The notes: generated by a model from the sequence alone, not told the origin. DNA of 64,000 bases from an uncultured Methylomirabilota bacterium (GCA_963845565.1 CAWJSJ010000004.1:192001-256000), one strand, 5' to 3'; counted from the stretch's first letter, positions 29,340-39,439 are shown. A program made the numbers and translations.

Positions 29340-30905
29340 ATGCAGCGATCGGGACGGATGGCGATTCGACGGGCGCTCACCGGCGCCCTGCTCTGCGGGC
29401 TGTTTCCGTTCGCGGCGGCGTCCGGGGGCGAGGGACAACCCCCGCTCGCGCTGGATCTGCAGGTCGCCCAGATGGGCACGGCGCAAACCCCGGCGCGCCC
29501 GGCGCCGGGGGTCATGGCGCTCTCCATGAAGGAGAGCATCGCGCTCGCCTTGAAAGGTAACCTGGACATCGCCATTGAGGGGTTCACGCCGCAGATCCGG
29601 GAGCAGGATCTGCTGTCGGAGAAATCGGTGTACGATCCGAGCGCCTTCCTGGAGGCGTTACGATCCGACAACAGATTGCCGGCCACGCTGAACCTCTTGA
29701 CGGGCGCGCGCGTGCTGAGCGACCTTTGGGATTTCAACACCGGCTTGCGGCAGAAGCTGCCGACGGGGGGCTCCTACGAACTGCGCTTCAACAACGAATT
29801 CCTCCGGGTGCCCGGTTCGGCCAGTGGAGACGGGTTTATCAGCAAACTTGCGTTGACCGTCACCCAGCCGCTGCTCCGGAACTTCGGGTTCGAGGCGAAC
29901 GAAACCGGAATCCGAATCGCCACCAACAACCAGTCGATCTCGCGGGAGCAGCTGCGGCTGAAGGTGAGCAGCATCACGACGCAGGTCCAGAACGCGTACG
30001 TGGAGTTGGTGTTTGCGATCCAGAACCTGGAAGTGCAGCGCCGGTCGCTGAAGCTGGCGCAGGACCTCATGACGCTGAACAAGGCCCGGGTGCGGGCCGG
30101 GGTAGCGGCACCGGTCGAGGTGACCCAGGCCGAGGCACAGGAGGCCGCGCGGGTGCAGGATGTGATCGTGGCGGAGAAGGCGGTGCGGGATGCGGAGGAC
30201 AGCCTCAAGGTCATCCTGAACATCCCGGGGTCGACGGGCTGGGGCCAGGAAATTCAGCCGACGTACAGCCTCAGCTTTGACCCGAAGCCGGTCAATCTCG
30301 AGGAGGCCATCCGGACCGCCCTGGATAGCCGATACGAGTACAAGAGCGCGAAGCTGGACATCGAGAACCGCGACCTCTCGGTCCGGCTGACGCGGAACCA
30401 ATTACTGCCGGATCTGGCGTTGGCCGGGAGCGTCTTCACGAACGGGTTTGGGGCGAGTTACGGAAGCAACATGGACGCGATGACGAGCGGAGACTTCGTG
30501 TCCTACTCGGTCGGGGTGGTGCTGACCGTTCCCCTGGGAAACCGATCGGCCGAGGCAAGCTATACCAAGGCCCGCTTGACAGCCGAGCAAGCCAAGACGT
30601 CCCTTAGGCAGCTCGAACTTCAGATTGTCCAGCAGGTGCGCGAGGGCGTACGCCGTGTGGAGGCGAACGCGCGGCGGGTCGACGCAAACCGGGCCGCGCG
30701 GATCTTGGCGGAGGAACAGCTCCGGGTCGAGCAGCGCCGCCTGGAAGCCGGGGTTACCACGACCTTCAACGTCCTGTCGTTCCAGCGCGATCTGGCCCAG
30801 GCCCAAGCGAGCGAGATTCGAGCCATCGCGGATTATTACAATTCGTTGGCAAATCTGGAAAGCGTGAGGGGGACCGTCCTGGAGGCAAACCAGATCGAGA
30901 TGTAA
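29340..30905 (+). CDS. TolC-family outer membrane protein
   Basis: signal peptide; TQPLLRNFG, QLLPDL, VPLGNRSA, RRLEAGVTT. Confidence 0.9.
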   Translation: MQRSGRMAIRRALTGALLCGLFPFAAASGGEGQPPLALDLQVAQMGTAQTPARPAPGVMALSMKESIALALKGNLDIAIEGFTPQIREQDLLSEKSVYDPSAFLEALRSDNRLPATLNLLTGARVLSDLWDFNTGLRQKLPTGGSYELRFNNEFLRVPGSASGDGFISKLALTVTQPLLRNFGFEANETGIRIATNNQSISREQLRLKVSSITTQVQNAYVELVFAIQNLEVQRRSLKLAQDLMTLNKARVRAGVAAPVEVTQAEAQEAARVQDVIVAEKAVRDAEDSLKVILNIPGSTGWGQEIQPTYSLSFDPKPVNLEEAIRTALDSRYEYKSAKLDIENRDLSVRLTRNQLLPDLALAGSVFTNGFGASYGSNMDAMTSGDFVSYSVGVVLTVPLGNRSAEASYTKARLTAEQAKTSLRQLELQIVQQVREGVRRVEANARRVDANRAARILAEEQLRVEQRRLEAGVTTTFNVLSFQRDLAQAQASEIRAIADYYNSLANLESVRGTVLEANQIEM

Positions 30906-31059
30906 GAGAACGACCGGTACCCGGTTGAGAAGAGGGGGAAGCGCGCGGCAAAGTGCAACATCCCGGCCGGCGCTTCCCCCTTAGACGTTGGGGCCGCATT
31001 CTCCACCCGCGGGACGCCATGCGGTCGCCGTGCAACATGCGCCCCCGCGGATCTCGCCG

Positions 31060-31452
31060 CTACTCGGGGACGTTCCGGACGAAGGAGTTCGCCAGGATCT
31101 TTCGCAGCTCGGACGCCAGCGCCGCGTCCGGGATTTCCCGCAGGATCACCCGCAAGGAAAAGCCGCACTTCTTGCACCGCTTGTATTGAAACACCCAGCG
31201 GCCGTCTTCTTGCGGCGTTCCGATTTCCTCCATATCCGTGAAGCAGCACGGGCCGGATCGGACCGGCGAGACGATGCGCTCCGGGAACTGGTTCTTCGCC
31301 GGCTTCTGGTCCGTGTATTCCACGATGGTCGCCAGGGGCTGCTCCACGTTCCCGCCGTGGGAGAGCCGAGAGGCGGCCGAGCGATCGGCCGGCCGGCGAG
31401 CTTCCAGGTTCGAGCCGATGGCACTTCTCTTCATTTCGATTCGACGGGCCAT
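31060..31452 (-). CDS. hypothetical protein with CC...CxxC zinc-ribbon-like motif
   Basis: PCCFTDM...YKRCKKCGF; AGGGGG RBS; 9 nt after TetR. Confidence 0.6.
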   Translation of the reverse strand: MARRIEMKRSAIGSNLEARRPADRSAASRLSHGGNVEQPLATIVEYTDQKPAKNQFPERIVSPVRSGPCCFTDMEEIGTPQEDGRWVFQYKRCKKCGFSLRVILREIPDAALASELRKILANSFVRNVPE

Positions 31453-31461
31453 GGTGTCCCC

Positions 31462-32076
31462 CTATGAGGTGTGGCGGTCCTCGGTGTGTTGAGCCACGCG
31501 GTGCAAAGTCACGTGCGCCTTCAGTTCGTCCATGACGTTCGCCATCAGATCGGCATTCCGGTGCAACTTTCCCATCATGAAGGCTCCCTCCAGCCCGGCA
31601 AGGATGAAGTGGGCCAAGCGGGGGATGTCCGTTCCGGGCCGCAATGTGTCCTGGAGTCTCGCGCGTTCGAGAGTTGCCTCGAGCTTCGACTGCAACTGGC
31701 CGAAGGCCTGGCTCAATCGCGTCCGGAACCCTTCGTGGACATCGCTCATCTCCATCGCAAGATTGCCCAGCGGGCATCCTCCCGTGCATCCGTCCCGCCG
31801 GACCCGCTCCATCGGGAACTCCAAGAACATCTCCAGCTGCGTCCACGGGTCGAGATCTGTCGCGAAGACCCGCTCGAGCACATCTTCCCGGATCCGTTCC
31901 AACGTCCGATCCAGCGCAGCGTAGCCCAGTTCGTCCTTGCTCTTGAAATAGTAGTAGAGGTTGCCTTTCCCGACGCCGCTCTCGCGCAGGATGTCGTCCA
32001 CGGAGGTGTTATGAAAACCGCGCAGATGGATCAATCGTCCCGCTGCGTCCAGAATGTGCTCTCTCGTGCTGGTCAT
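31462..32076 (-). CDS. TetR family regulator (NemR/LmrA-like)
   Basis: GFHNTSVDDIL, GKGNLYYYFKSK, GGCPLGNLAMEM. Confidence 0.92.
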   Translation of the reverse strand: MTSTREHILDAAGRLIHLRGFHNTSVDDILRESGVGKGNLYYYFKSKDELGYAALDRTLERIREDVLERVFATDLDPWTQLEMFLEFPMERVRRDGCTGGCPLGNLAMEMSDVHEGFRTRLSQAFGQLQSKLEATLERARLQDTLRPGTDIPRLAHFILAGLEGAFMMGKLHRNADLMANVMDELKAHVTLHRVAQHTEDRHTS

Positions 32077-32089
32077 TCACCACCCGTGT

Positions 32090-32145
32090 ACTAACCGGTC
32101 CGTTTTTATGATTCAGGATATACAAGATGGGATTGGTCCTGTCAA
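32090..32145 (-). promoter_or_regulatory. TetR promoter with candidate auto-operator
   Basis: minus strand TTGACA, 17 nt, TATATC; imperfect palindrome ACTAACCGGTCCGT at 32090-32103. Confidence 0.55.
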
Positions 32146-32884
32146 GAACAATTTTTATATCGAACAACCATGAGATTCGTAACTATATGTTTTATATGAT
32201 AACAATAAGTCTATTTTCTTCTTTTGAAAGCGTTCTTCCTTCCGAGACCTGAAACGATGGTGGTTCCAAGATCGCCAGAAACACCCAGACGGAACTCACT
32301 TCAGATGCAAGAGGAGGGAAGCATTCCGCGAGGCGTCAGCAGCGAGGAGACGAGCAGCACCTCAGAGTCGGAGCGTCACCACGCCGCAAACGCTCCGGGG
32401 TGACGGCCACGCAGCCCCAAATCTCCGGGTAACGCCGGGGCGGCGAACGGGTAGCGGGCGAGACCGCCGGAGGCCCGGGCAGCCCCTCCGGCCGCCTGGC
32501 GCGCCGTCGAGAACCGCGCCGCCTTGCACCGGGTCGGGCCGCACGCAACGCGGCCCTCCGGGCCGGCGCCGGCGGCGCCGCGGGCGCGGCGGCGTCGGAT
32601 CCGCCCGGGCCTCCGGCGGTCTAGGTGTCACCCAGTGGGTGCTCCCTCGGCGTCTGCGCGGTGTGCGGGAAGCCGCCCCGGCTGCGGCGACGCGGCTACA
32701 GGGCGTTGTTCTGCGGAAGCAAACCGGAGAATGGGGGCAGCCCAGCTTTCTTGATGGGGGTAGGCAAATGTGTTAGGCTCATGCCACCTCGCGCCGCTGC
32801 GCAACGGTACGAGGCGGCGTGGGGCCAGGGCGCGCCGGTGTATGCGGTGGCGGACCGCCGGTTTCGCGTTTGCGAGGAGCGAAG

Positions 32885-33523
32885 ATGGCGTCAACTCTCC
32901 GGATCGGAGTGGACGTAGACGACGTCCTGGTAGAATCCCTGCCTGGCTACCTCGACGCCTTCCGGAGGTATTTCGGCCACGAGGTCAGGATTGAAGAGGC
33001 GATGTGGGAAATCTCTCATCGCTATCCGGACATCCCGGCTGCGGCCTGGTCCGGTTTTTATGCGGAGCTGGAGGCTACCGATTTCTTGGCCACCCGCCCG
33101 GTCTATCCGGACGCAGTGGCGGGGATCCGATCCCTGGCCGCGCGGGGCCACCGACTGGTTGTGGTGACAGGCCGCCTCGCCATGCACCGGCAGCATACCC
33201 GGCGGCTGCTGCAGGGCGCGGGGATCGTGGCGCTGTTCGAAGAGCTGGTCCATCGGAACGGCGAGGCCGCTGCAGCCTACAAGCCCCGCATCGTCCGCGA
33301 AAAACGGCTCCAGCTTCTGATCGAGGATGAGCTGCACGTGGCCTTGGCGGCGGCTCGGGTCCCGGTCCCGGTTTTCCTCGTGGATCGGCCCTGGAACCAG
33401 GGCGATCTCCCGCAGAATGTGACGCGGATCGGGAGCTGGGACCAGCTCCTGCGCGAGGTCCAGGCCTTTGCCGCCCGCGCGGCGGCGCCGGACGGCGATC
33501 CTACCGAGTGCGTGCGGGGTTAG
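32885..33523 (+). CDS. HAD-superfamily 5'(3')-deoxyribonucleotidase-like protein
   Basis: IGVDVDDVL, VVTGR, LIEDE, RPWN. Confidence 0.8.
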   Translation: MASTLRIGVDVDDVLVESLPGYLDAFRRYFGHEVRIEEAMWEISHRYPDIPAAAWSGFYAELEATDFLATRPVYPDAVAGIRSLAARGHRLVVVTGRLAMHRQHTRRLLQGAGIVALFEELVHRNGEAAAAYKPRIVREKRLQLLIEDELHVALAAARVPVPVFLVDRPWNQGDLPQNVTRIGSWDQLLREVQAFAARAAAPDGDPTECVRG

Positions 33524-33539
33524 GAGCCGTTACGAAATA
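33520..33539 (+). repeat. solo left end of repeat family A
   Basis: TTAGGAGCCGTTACGAAATA is identical to the family A end and fills the intergenic gap. Confidence 0.75.
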
Positions 33540-34145
33540 ATGGGAAAGATCGCGATCGAGCGAAATGCCTTTCTCGCCCCCGTGCCTGTCGTGCTGCTCT
33601 CCTGTATCGGCGAGGACGGTGTCCCCAACATCATGACCGCTTCCTGGGTGAGCGTGGTGTGCGCTACGCCACCCATGGTCGCCGTGGCGATCCGGCCCGA
33701 GCGACACACCTACGGCCTCGTCCGTGAGACCGGGGAGTTCGTCCTGAATATCCCGTCCGCCTCGATGCTGCGTGTCGTGGATTTCTGCGGCACGGCGTCC
33801 GGTGGGACGGCGGACAAGTTCGTCCAGGCGCATCTGACTCCGACACCGAGCGACAAGGTGCGCGCGCCCATGATCGAGGAGTGCCCCATCAACCTGGAAT
33901 GCATCGTGCGTCACACGCTGCCCCTCGGGTCGCACGTCCTGTTCGTGGCGGAGGTGGCGGCGGTGCATGCGGATGCCGGCGTGGTCGAGGACGGGATGAT
34001 CGTCCTGGGCCGGGTGGCCCCCTTGACGTACGATCCCTTCGGCGGCGATTACTGGAGCCTGAAAGAGGTCGTGGCTCACCACGGTTTCAGCGACGCCAGC
34101 ATGCCGGAGCGGACCGAAAAGAAGAAGATCCAGCAGCGGCAATGA
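33540..34145 (+). CDS. flavin reductase-like (flavoredoxin) protein
   Basis: PVPVVL, NIMTASW, GEFVLNIP, IEECPINLEC, LGSHVLF. Confidence 0.9.
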   Translation: MGKIAIERNAFLAPVPVVLLSCIGEDGVPNIMTASWVSVVCATPPMVAVAIRPERHTYGLVRETGEFVLNIPSASMLRVVDFCGTASGGTADKFVQAHLTPTPSDKVRAPMIEECPINLECIVRHTLPLGSHVLFVAEVAAVHADAGVVEDGMIVLGRVAPLTYDPFGGDYWSLKEVVAHHGFSDASMPERTEKKKIQQRQ

Positions 34146-34247
34146 GCCGTTGTCAAAGAATGACTTGACCGGAGAAATTCCGGGATGGCCTAAGGAGCCG
34201 TACCGAAATTGCAGAAAATGGCCAAGTCATTTCGTAACGGCTCCTAA
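34143..34247 (-). repeat. MITE/REP-like family A, copy 2
   Basis: reverse-orientation homologue of 7454-7559. Confidence 0.9.
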
Positions 34248-34262
34248 GCGCGAGAGGGTGCG

Positions 34263-34787
34263 ATGGACAGCGAGTTGCCCCCGGATACTTTGAACGAGAT
34301 CGGCGTATTGAAACGGCGCGAGATCGAGGCGCGCATCCTGGCGCCCATGATCGCCGCCTTCGCGGCGGAGTTCGGGCGCGAGCGGGTCGCGGAGATCGCC
34401 CAGCGGGTGATCGTGGACATTGCGCGGCGCCAGGGCCGGGCGCTGGCGGAGCAGATGGGCGGCAATAGTCTGCCGCACTTCGTGCAGAGCAAGGAAAATT
34501 GGGTGAAGGGCGGTGCGCTGGCGATCGAGGTGTTGCAGGCCAACGATACCGCGTACGACTTCAACGTCACGCGCTGCCGGTACGCCGAGATGTACCGGGC
34601 ACTGGGCATCCCCGAACTGGGCGCGGTGCTGTCCTGCGGCCGCGACGGCGCGCTGGGGGAGGGATTCAACGCGGGGTTGACCCTCACCCGGACCCAGACG
34701 ATCATGGAAGGGGCCCCCGTCTGCGATTTCCGGTACCGCCTGGACCCCGCAGACGCACCGAGCGCCGAGCGCCACGAGCCGGGATAG
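34263..34787 (+). CDS. L-2-amino-thiazoline-4-carboxylate hydrolase-like protein
   Basis: [41 protein letters not shown]. Confidence 0.85.
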   Translation: MDSELPPDTLNEIGVLKRREIEARILAPMIAAFAAEFGRERVAEIAQRVIVDIARRQGRALAEQMGGNSLPHFVQSKENWVKGGALAIEVLQANDTAYDFNVTRCRYAEMYRALGIPELGAVLSCGRDGALGEGFNAGLTLTRTQTIMEGAPVCDFRYRLDPADAPSAERHEPG

Positions 34788-35051
34788 CCACAAGCACCAG
34801 TCCGGCCCGACTACCGGCATCACCGCACCGGCGAGGACAACGCCGGGCGCACCTCACTGCCCAGCGCGCGACTCGGCCGGACGACCTCGGGTCGGACACC
34901 CCCGCCAGTTCCGCGTTGCTCCGCGCCACAGCCCTGTCACAGAGTACCCCGTTCGCACCGCACCGTCCCGCCCCTCCGAAATCTTGCGGTGCCGTTCCGC
35001 GCGACCGCCACGCGCTGTGTAGGCGCGACCAAAGGGCGTTGCGGAACCCGC

Positions 35052-35095
35052 TTGACGCCGTGAGGTTGGTAGACTAGGATTTGGTTATCCTAAAT
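35052..35095 (+). promoter_or_regulatory. sigma70 promoter with overlapping DtxR/MntR-type operator
   Basis: TTGACG, 17 nt, TAGGAT; ATTTGG-TTATC-CTAAAT at 35079-35095. Confidence 0.7.
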
Positions 35096-35111
35096 TAATT
35101 GTTTGGAGAAC

Positions 35112-35831
35112 ATGATGCTGAGCGAGTCGATGCAGGATTACCTCAAAGCCATCTTCAAGCTGCAGGAACATGGCGGGCCGGTGTCCACCTCGGCCGTGGC
35201 GGGGTCGCTGGGCGTATCGGCGCCCTCGGTCACGGGGATGATGAAGAAGCTCGCCGGCTTGCGGTTGCTGCGCCACCATCCCTACCAGGGGGTGGTGTTG
35301 ACCAAGGCGGGGCAGCGGATTGCTCTCGAGGTGATCCGGCACCACCGTCTCCTAGAGCTCTACCTGTCGCAGGCGCTGGGATACAGCCTGGACCGGGTGC
35401 ATGACGAGGCGGAGAAGCTCGAACACGCGATCTCGGAAGAGTTCGCGGAGAAGATCTTCGAGGCCCTGGGGCGGCCGACCTCGGACCCGCATGGCCATCC
35501 GATCCCGGCCAGGGATGGGCGGCTGGATCGAGCGGTCTACGAGCTCCTGTCGGAACTGGAGCCGGGGGCGTGCGGCGTCATCCGGCAGGTGAGTGACGGG
35601 GACGCGGAGATCCTACGTTATCTGGGTTCCAGAGGATTGGTCCCCGAGACTGCGGTGGAGGTCCTGGAGAAGGCCCCGTTCGACGGGCCGCTCACCGTGC
35701 GGACGGGAGACAGTTCGCATATCCTGGGGCGCCGGGTGGCGTCGCAGATCCGGGTGGAGGCCGGCGATCTCCCGGCCGCGCCCCGTGGCGCGCGAGTGCG
35801 ATCGGGGACGAAGAACAACGCCAGGGCGTGA
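35112..35831 (+). CDS. DtxR/MntR/TroR-family metal-dependent regulator with FeoA-like C-terminal domain
   Basis: QDYLKAIF, RHHRLLELYL, HDEAEKLEH, DPHGHPIP, APFDGP. Confidence 0.93.
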   Translation: MMLSESMQDYLKAIFKLQEHGGPVSTSAVAGSLGVSAPSVTGMMKKLAGLRLLRHHPYQGVVLTKAGQRIALEVIRHHRLLELYLSQALGYSLDRVHDEAEKLEHAISEEFAEKIFEALGRPTSDPHGHPIPARDGRLDRAVYELLSELEPGACGVIRQVSDGDAEILRYLGSRGLVPETAVEVLEKAPFDGPLTVRTGDSSHILGRRVASQIRVEAGDLPAAPRGARVRSGTKNNARA

Positions 35832-35875
35832 AGGGGCCGGGCGGACAAGGGTTCGCACGGCACAAGGAGCGCGAC

Positions 35876-36919
35876 ATGACTGCGTGGCTGGTTGGGGTGA
35901 TCGTCGGCGTCGTCGTGAGCTTCGGAGTGATCGGGCTCTTTTGGCCGGGATGGGGAATGATCCCGCGGTGGCGGCGCGCGACGCGGACAGCCGAGCGCGT
36001 GCGCATCGAGGATACGCTGAAGCACCTGTACGAGTCCGAACTGGACGGCGTGGTGCCGAGCGTCCAGAGCGTGGCGGGGGCGCTCCGGCTGAGCGCGGAC
36101 GAGGTCGGGGAGGTGTTGCAGGGGCTCCACAGCCGGCGTCTCATGCTGATGGAAGGGGACGGCATCCGTCTCACGGCGTCCGGACGCGAGATGGGGTTGC
36201 ATGTGCTCCGGGCCCACCGGCTGTGGGAAAGCTACCTGGCGGACCACACCGGCTTCCCGGAAGCCGAGTGGCACGGGCGGGCGCACCACCTCGAGCACGG
36301 GCTGTCTCCCGGGGAGGTGGACGCGCTGTCGGCGCGGCTGCAGCATCCCATCCGCGATCCCCACGGCGATCCCATTCCCACGGCCGAGGGGGAGGTCGCC
36401 GCGCAGCGCGGCGTGCCGCTGACGATCGCGCCGCTCAATGAGCCACTGGCGATCCTGCATCTCGAGGACGACTCCAAGGCGGCGTACACGGAACTGATCG
36501 CCAAGGGGTTGCATCCCGGCCTGCCCGTGCGACTCGTCGAGGCCTCGCCGGACCGGGTTCGCGTTGCGGCCGGAGGGGGCGAGCACGTTCTGAGTCCGCT
36601 GGCGGCCGCCAGCGTCTCCGTGGTTCCGCTGGCGGAAGGGCAGCGGACCGACGAGCCGGTCGGGGAGCCGCTCCATGCCCTCCGACCCGGCGAGGACGGG
36701 CGGGTGCTGTCCCTCTCGCGTCGCTGCCGCGGGGCGGAGCGTCGTCGCTTCCTGGACCTCGGCGTGCTGCCCGGGACGGTGATCCGGGCCGAGATGCGGA
36801 GTCCCAACGGCGATCCCACGGCGTACCGTATCCGGGGTGCGCTCATCGCCCTCCGGGCGGAACAAGCGGCGGTGATCCGGGTCGAGCGGCTTCCAGAGTC
36901 CTCGGTCGCCGCCGCCTAG
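35876..36919 (+). CDS. membrane-anchored DtxR-family protein with two FeoA-like domains
   Basis: hydrophobic N-terminus; EDTLKHLY, HRLWESYL, LEH, DPHGDPIP; C-terminal RRRFLDLGVLPGT...SPNGDPTAYRIRGALIALR. Confidence 0.85.
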   Translation: MTAWLVGVIVGVVVSFGVIGLFWPGWGMIPRWRRATRTAERVRIEDTLKHLYESELDGVVPSVQSVAGALRLSADEVGEVLQGLHSRRLMLMEGDGIRLTASGREMGLHVLRAHRLWESYLADHTGFPEAEWHGRAHHLEHGLSPGEVDALSARLQHPIRDPHGDPIPTAEGEVAAQRGVPLTIAPLNEPLAILHLEDDSKAAYTELIAKGLHPGLPVRLVEASPDRVRVAAGGGEHVLSPLAAASVSVVPLAEGQRTDEPVGEPLHALRPGEDGRVLSLSRRCRGAERRRFLDLGVLPGTVIRAEMRSPNGDPTAYRIRGALIALRAEQAAVIRVERLPESSVAAA

Positions 36920-36970
36920 GTGTGTTGAAAGTTCACGCGCCCGCGGGCGAAGTTAGGGAGGTCATCAACC

Positions 36971-37813
36971 ATGACAACCACAAGCACCGGGTCCACGGCC
37001 GCGGGGTGTGCGGCCTGCCCGGTCCATCATGTGCAGAATCTTCTCAAACTCGGCGTCACCATGGACAACTGGAATTTCGTGGTGGCGCTGGCCGGGAATC
37101 CCAACACGGGAAAGAGTACGGTCTTCAACGCCCTGACGGGGCTCCGTCAGCACACCGGGAACTGGCCCGGGAAGACCGTCACGCGGGCCGAGGGGGGATT
37201 CGAGTATCGCGGCCACCGGTTCAAACTGGTGGATCTGCCCGGGACCTACTCGCTTCTGGCCGCCAGCCCAGACGAGGAGGCCGCGCGAGATTTCCTGCTC
37301 TTCGGTCGGCCGGATGTCACGCTGGTGGTCATGGACGCCACCCGCGTGGAGCGAAACCTCAACCTCGTCCTGCAGGTACTGGAGATCACTGACCGGGTCG
37401 TGGTCTGCCTGAACCTGATGGACGAGGCGCGCCGCCACGGCCTCCAGGTGGACGATCGGACGCTGTCCCGCGAGCTCGGGGTGCCGGTGGTTCCCGCCTC
37501 CGCGCGCTACAAGCAGGGCCTCGATCAGGTGCTGCAGGCCGTCAGCGAGGTGGCGACGGGGCAGTTTGTCTGCAAACCCCGCCGAATCCAGAACGAACCG
37601 CCGGAACTCAAACGCGCCGTCGCCGACCTGACCACCCGCTTCGCGTCCGCCTTCCCCGGGCTACCCAACCCCCGCTGGGTCGCGCTGCGCCTGCTGGACG
37701 GGGACGAGCGTATCATTCAGGCTATCCGACAAGGGGAGCTGGGCGAACTGGGCAGCGCGCCGCGTGCGACGGCGACCGCCGCCGAACCGGCCCTCCTGGA
37801 GGGCGTCCGATGA
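36971..37813 (+). CDS. feoB: FeoB GTPase domain (stand-alone N-terminal half)
   Basis: [29 protein letters not shown]. Confidence 0.92.
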   Translation: MTTTSTGSTAAGCAACPVHHVQNLLKLGVTMDNWNFVVALAGNPNTGKSTVFNALTGLRQHTGNWPGKTVTRAEGGFEYRGHRFKLVDLPGTYSLLAASPDEEAARDFLLFGRPDVTLVVMDATRVERNLNLVLQVLEITDRVVVCLNLMDEARRHGLQVDDRTLSRELGVPVVPASARYKQGLDQVLQAVSEVATGQFVCKPRRIQNEPPELKRAVADLTTRFASAFPGLPNPRWVALRLLDGDERIIQAIRQGELGELGSAPRATATAAEPALLEGVR

Positions 37814-39249
37814 GTAACAGCCATGCGGCGCAGGTCGAAGAGATTCTGTCCACCGCACGGACCCTGCGGTCCGAGCTGGGGACCGACTCCCATGAACAAT
37901 TGATGGAGGCGGTGTATGCCACGGCCGCCCACATCGCGGACCGCGCGGTCACCCGGCCGGGCGAGACGGCTCGTCCCACCCTGGATCGCACCATCGACCG
38001 ATTGGTGACCAGCCGGATCTGGGGGTTTCCCCTCATGTTCCTGTTGTTCGCCCTGATGTTCTGGCTCACCATCAGCGGCGCCAACGTGCCCTCGGGTTGG
38101 CTCGCGTGGTTGCTGGTGGACACGCTCTACCCGATGCTGCGCGAGGGGGCCGCCGGTCTGGGACTGCCCTGGTGGCTGTGGGGCCTGCTGATCGATGGAA
38201 TGTACCTCTCGACAGCCTGGGTCGTGAGCGTGATGCTGCCGCCCATGGCCATCTTCTTCCCGCTCTTCACGTTGCTGGAGGACTTCGGGTACCTTCCGCG
38301 GGTTGCCTTCAACCTGGACTGGCTCTTCAAGAAGGCGGGCGCCCACGGGAAGCAGGCCATGACGACCATGATGGGGTTCGGCTGCAATGCGGCGGGAGTC
38401 ATCGCCACGCGGATCATCGACAGCCCGCGAGAACGGCTGATCGCCATCCTCACCAACAACTTCGCTCTGTGCAACGGTCGCTGGCCGACGCAGATCCTCA
38501 TCGCCACGCTGTTCATCGGCACTTTGGTGCCCGCCGCGCTGGGCGGCGTGGTCTCGGCGCTCGCCGTGGTGGGCGTCGCGGTCCTGGGGGTTGTCCTGAC
38601 CTTCGCGATCGCGTGGGCGCTCTCCCGGACCGTCCTCCGGGGCCAGGTCTCGACGTTCAGTCTCGAACTGCCCCCGTATCGTCCGCCGCGGATCCTGCAG
38701 ACGCTCTACACGTCGATCATCGATCGGACGATCCTCGTGCTCTGGCGCGCCGTGGTGTGGGCGTTGCCGGCGGGCGCCCTGATCTGGCTTACGGCGAACA
38801 TCCCCATCGGCGGGCGGAGCATCGCGGAGCATCTGGTCGGTCTGCTCGATCCGCTCGGATTGCTCGTCGGCCTGAACGGCGTGATCCTGCTGGCGTATGT
38901 CCTCGCGATCCCGGCCAACGAGATCGTGATCCCCACGGTCCTGATGCTGACCGTGCTGGTCACCGGGGCGTCTGGGGTCGGGCAGGGCGCCGGCGTGATG
39001 TTCGACCTGAAGGACGCGAACCAGTTGACGACCCTCTTCCAGTCGGGCGGGTGGACCCTGCTGACCGGGATCAACCTGATGCTGTTCAGCCTCATCCACA
39101 ACCCGTGCAGCACCACGATCTACACCATCTACAAGGAGACCGGGAGCGCCAAGTGGACGGCGGTCGCCGCCCTCATGCCGGTGGCCCTCGGCTTTGCCGT
39201 GACGTTCCTGGTCGCGGTGGTGTGGCGACTGGTGGCTGGCGCGGGCTAG
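37810..39249 (+). CDS. feoB: FeoB membrane domain (stand-alone C-terminal half)
   Basis: [44 protein letters not shown]. Confidence 0.9.
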   Translation: MSNSHAAQVEEILSTARTLRSELGTDSHEQLMEAVYATAAHIADRAVTRPGETARPTLDRTIDRLVTSRIWGFPLMFLLFALMFWLTISGANVPSGWLAWLLVDTLYPMLREGAAGLGLPWWLWGLLIDGMYLSTAWVVSVMLPPMAIFFPLFTLLEDFGYLPRVAFNLDWLFKKAGAHGKQAMTTMMGFGCNAAGVIATRIIDSPRERLIAILTNNFALCNGRWPTQILIATLFIGTLVPAALGGVVSALAVVGVAVLGVVLTFAIAWALSRTVLRGQVSTFSLELPPYRPPRILQTLYTSIIDRTILVLWRAVVWALPAGALIWLTANIPIGGRSIAEHLVGLLDPLGLLVGLNGVILLAYVLAIPANEIVIPTVLMLTVLVTGASGVGQGAGVMFDLKDANQLTTLFQSGGWTLLTGINLMLFSLIHNPCSTTIYTIYKETGSAKWTAVAALMPVALGFAVTFLVAVVWRLVAGAG

Positions 39250-39375
39250 CAGGCTGCTGAAAAAGGCCCATCTGCGGCGTTGGCACGCTCGCGCGCGCGC
39301 TGCGGCGTACGCTATAGTACGCCTGCACTCGGCCTTCGTGCGCCGCCTTGCATCTGGACCTTTTTGAGCAGCCTG
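39250..39375 (+). repeat. MITE-like family B, copy 3
   Basis: CAGGCTGCTGAAAAAGGCCCATCTGC...GCATCTGGACCTTTTTGAGCAGCCTG. Confidence 0.88.
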
Positions 39376-39439
39376 AGCGGCGCTACGGCGCAGCCTTTTC
39401 ACCGGCGGTCCTGACTTGCCCGGAAGACTGAGGAGACTC

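Noticed and set aside
32257..32403. 48-codon ORF after the AT-rich patch
   Set aside because: No clear RBS, no recognisable motif, weak codon bias.
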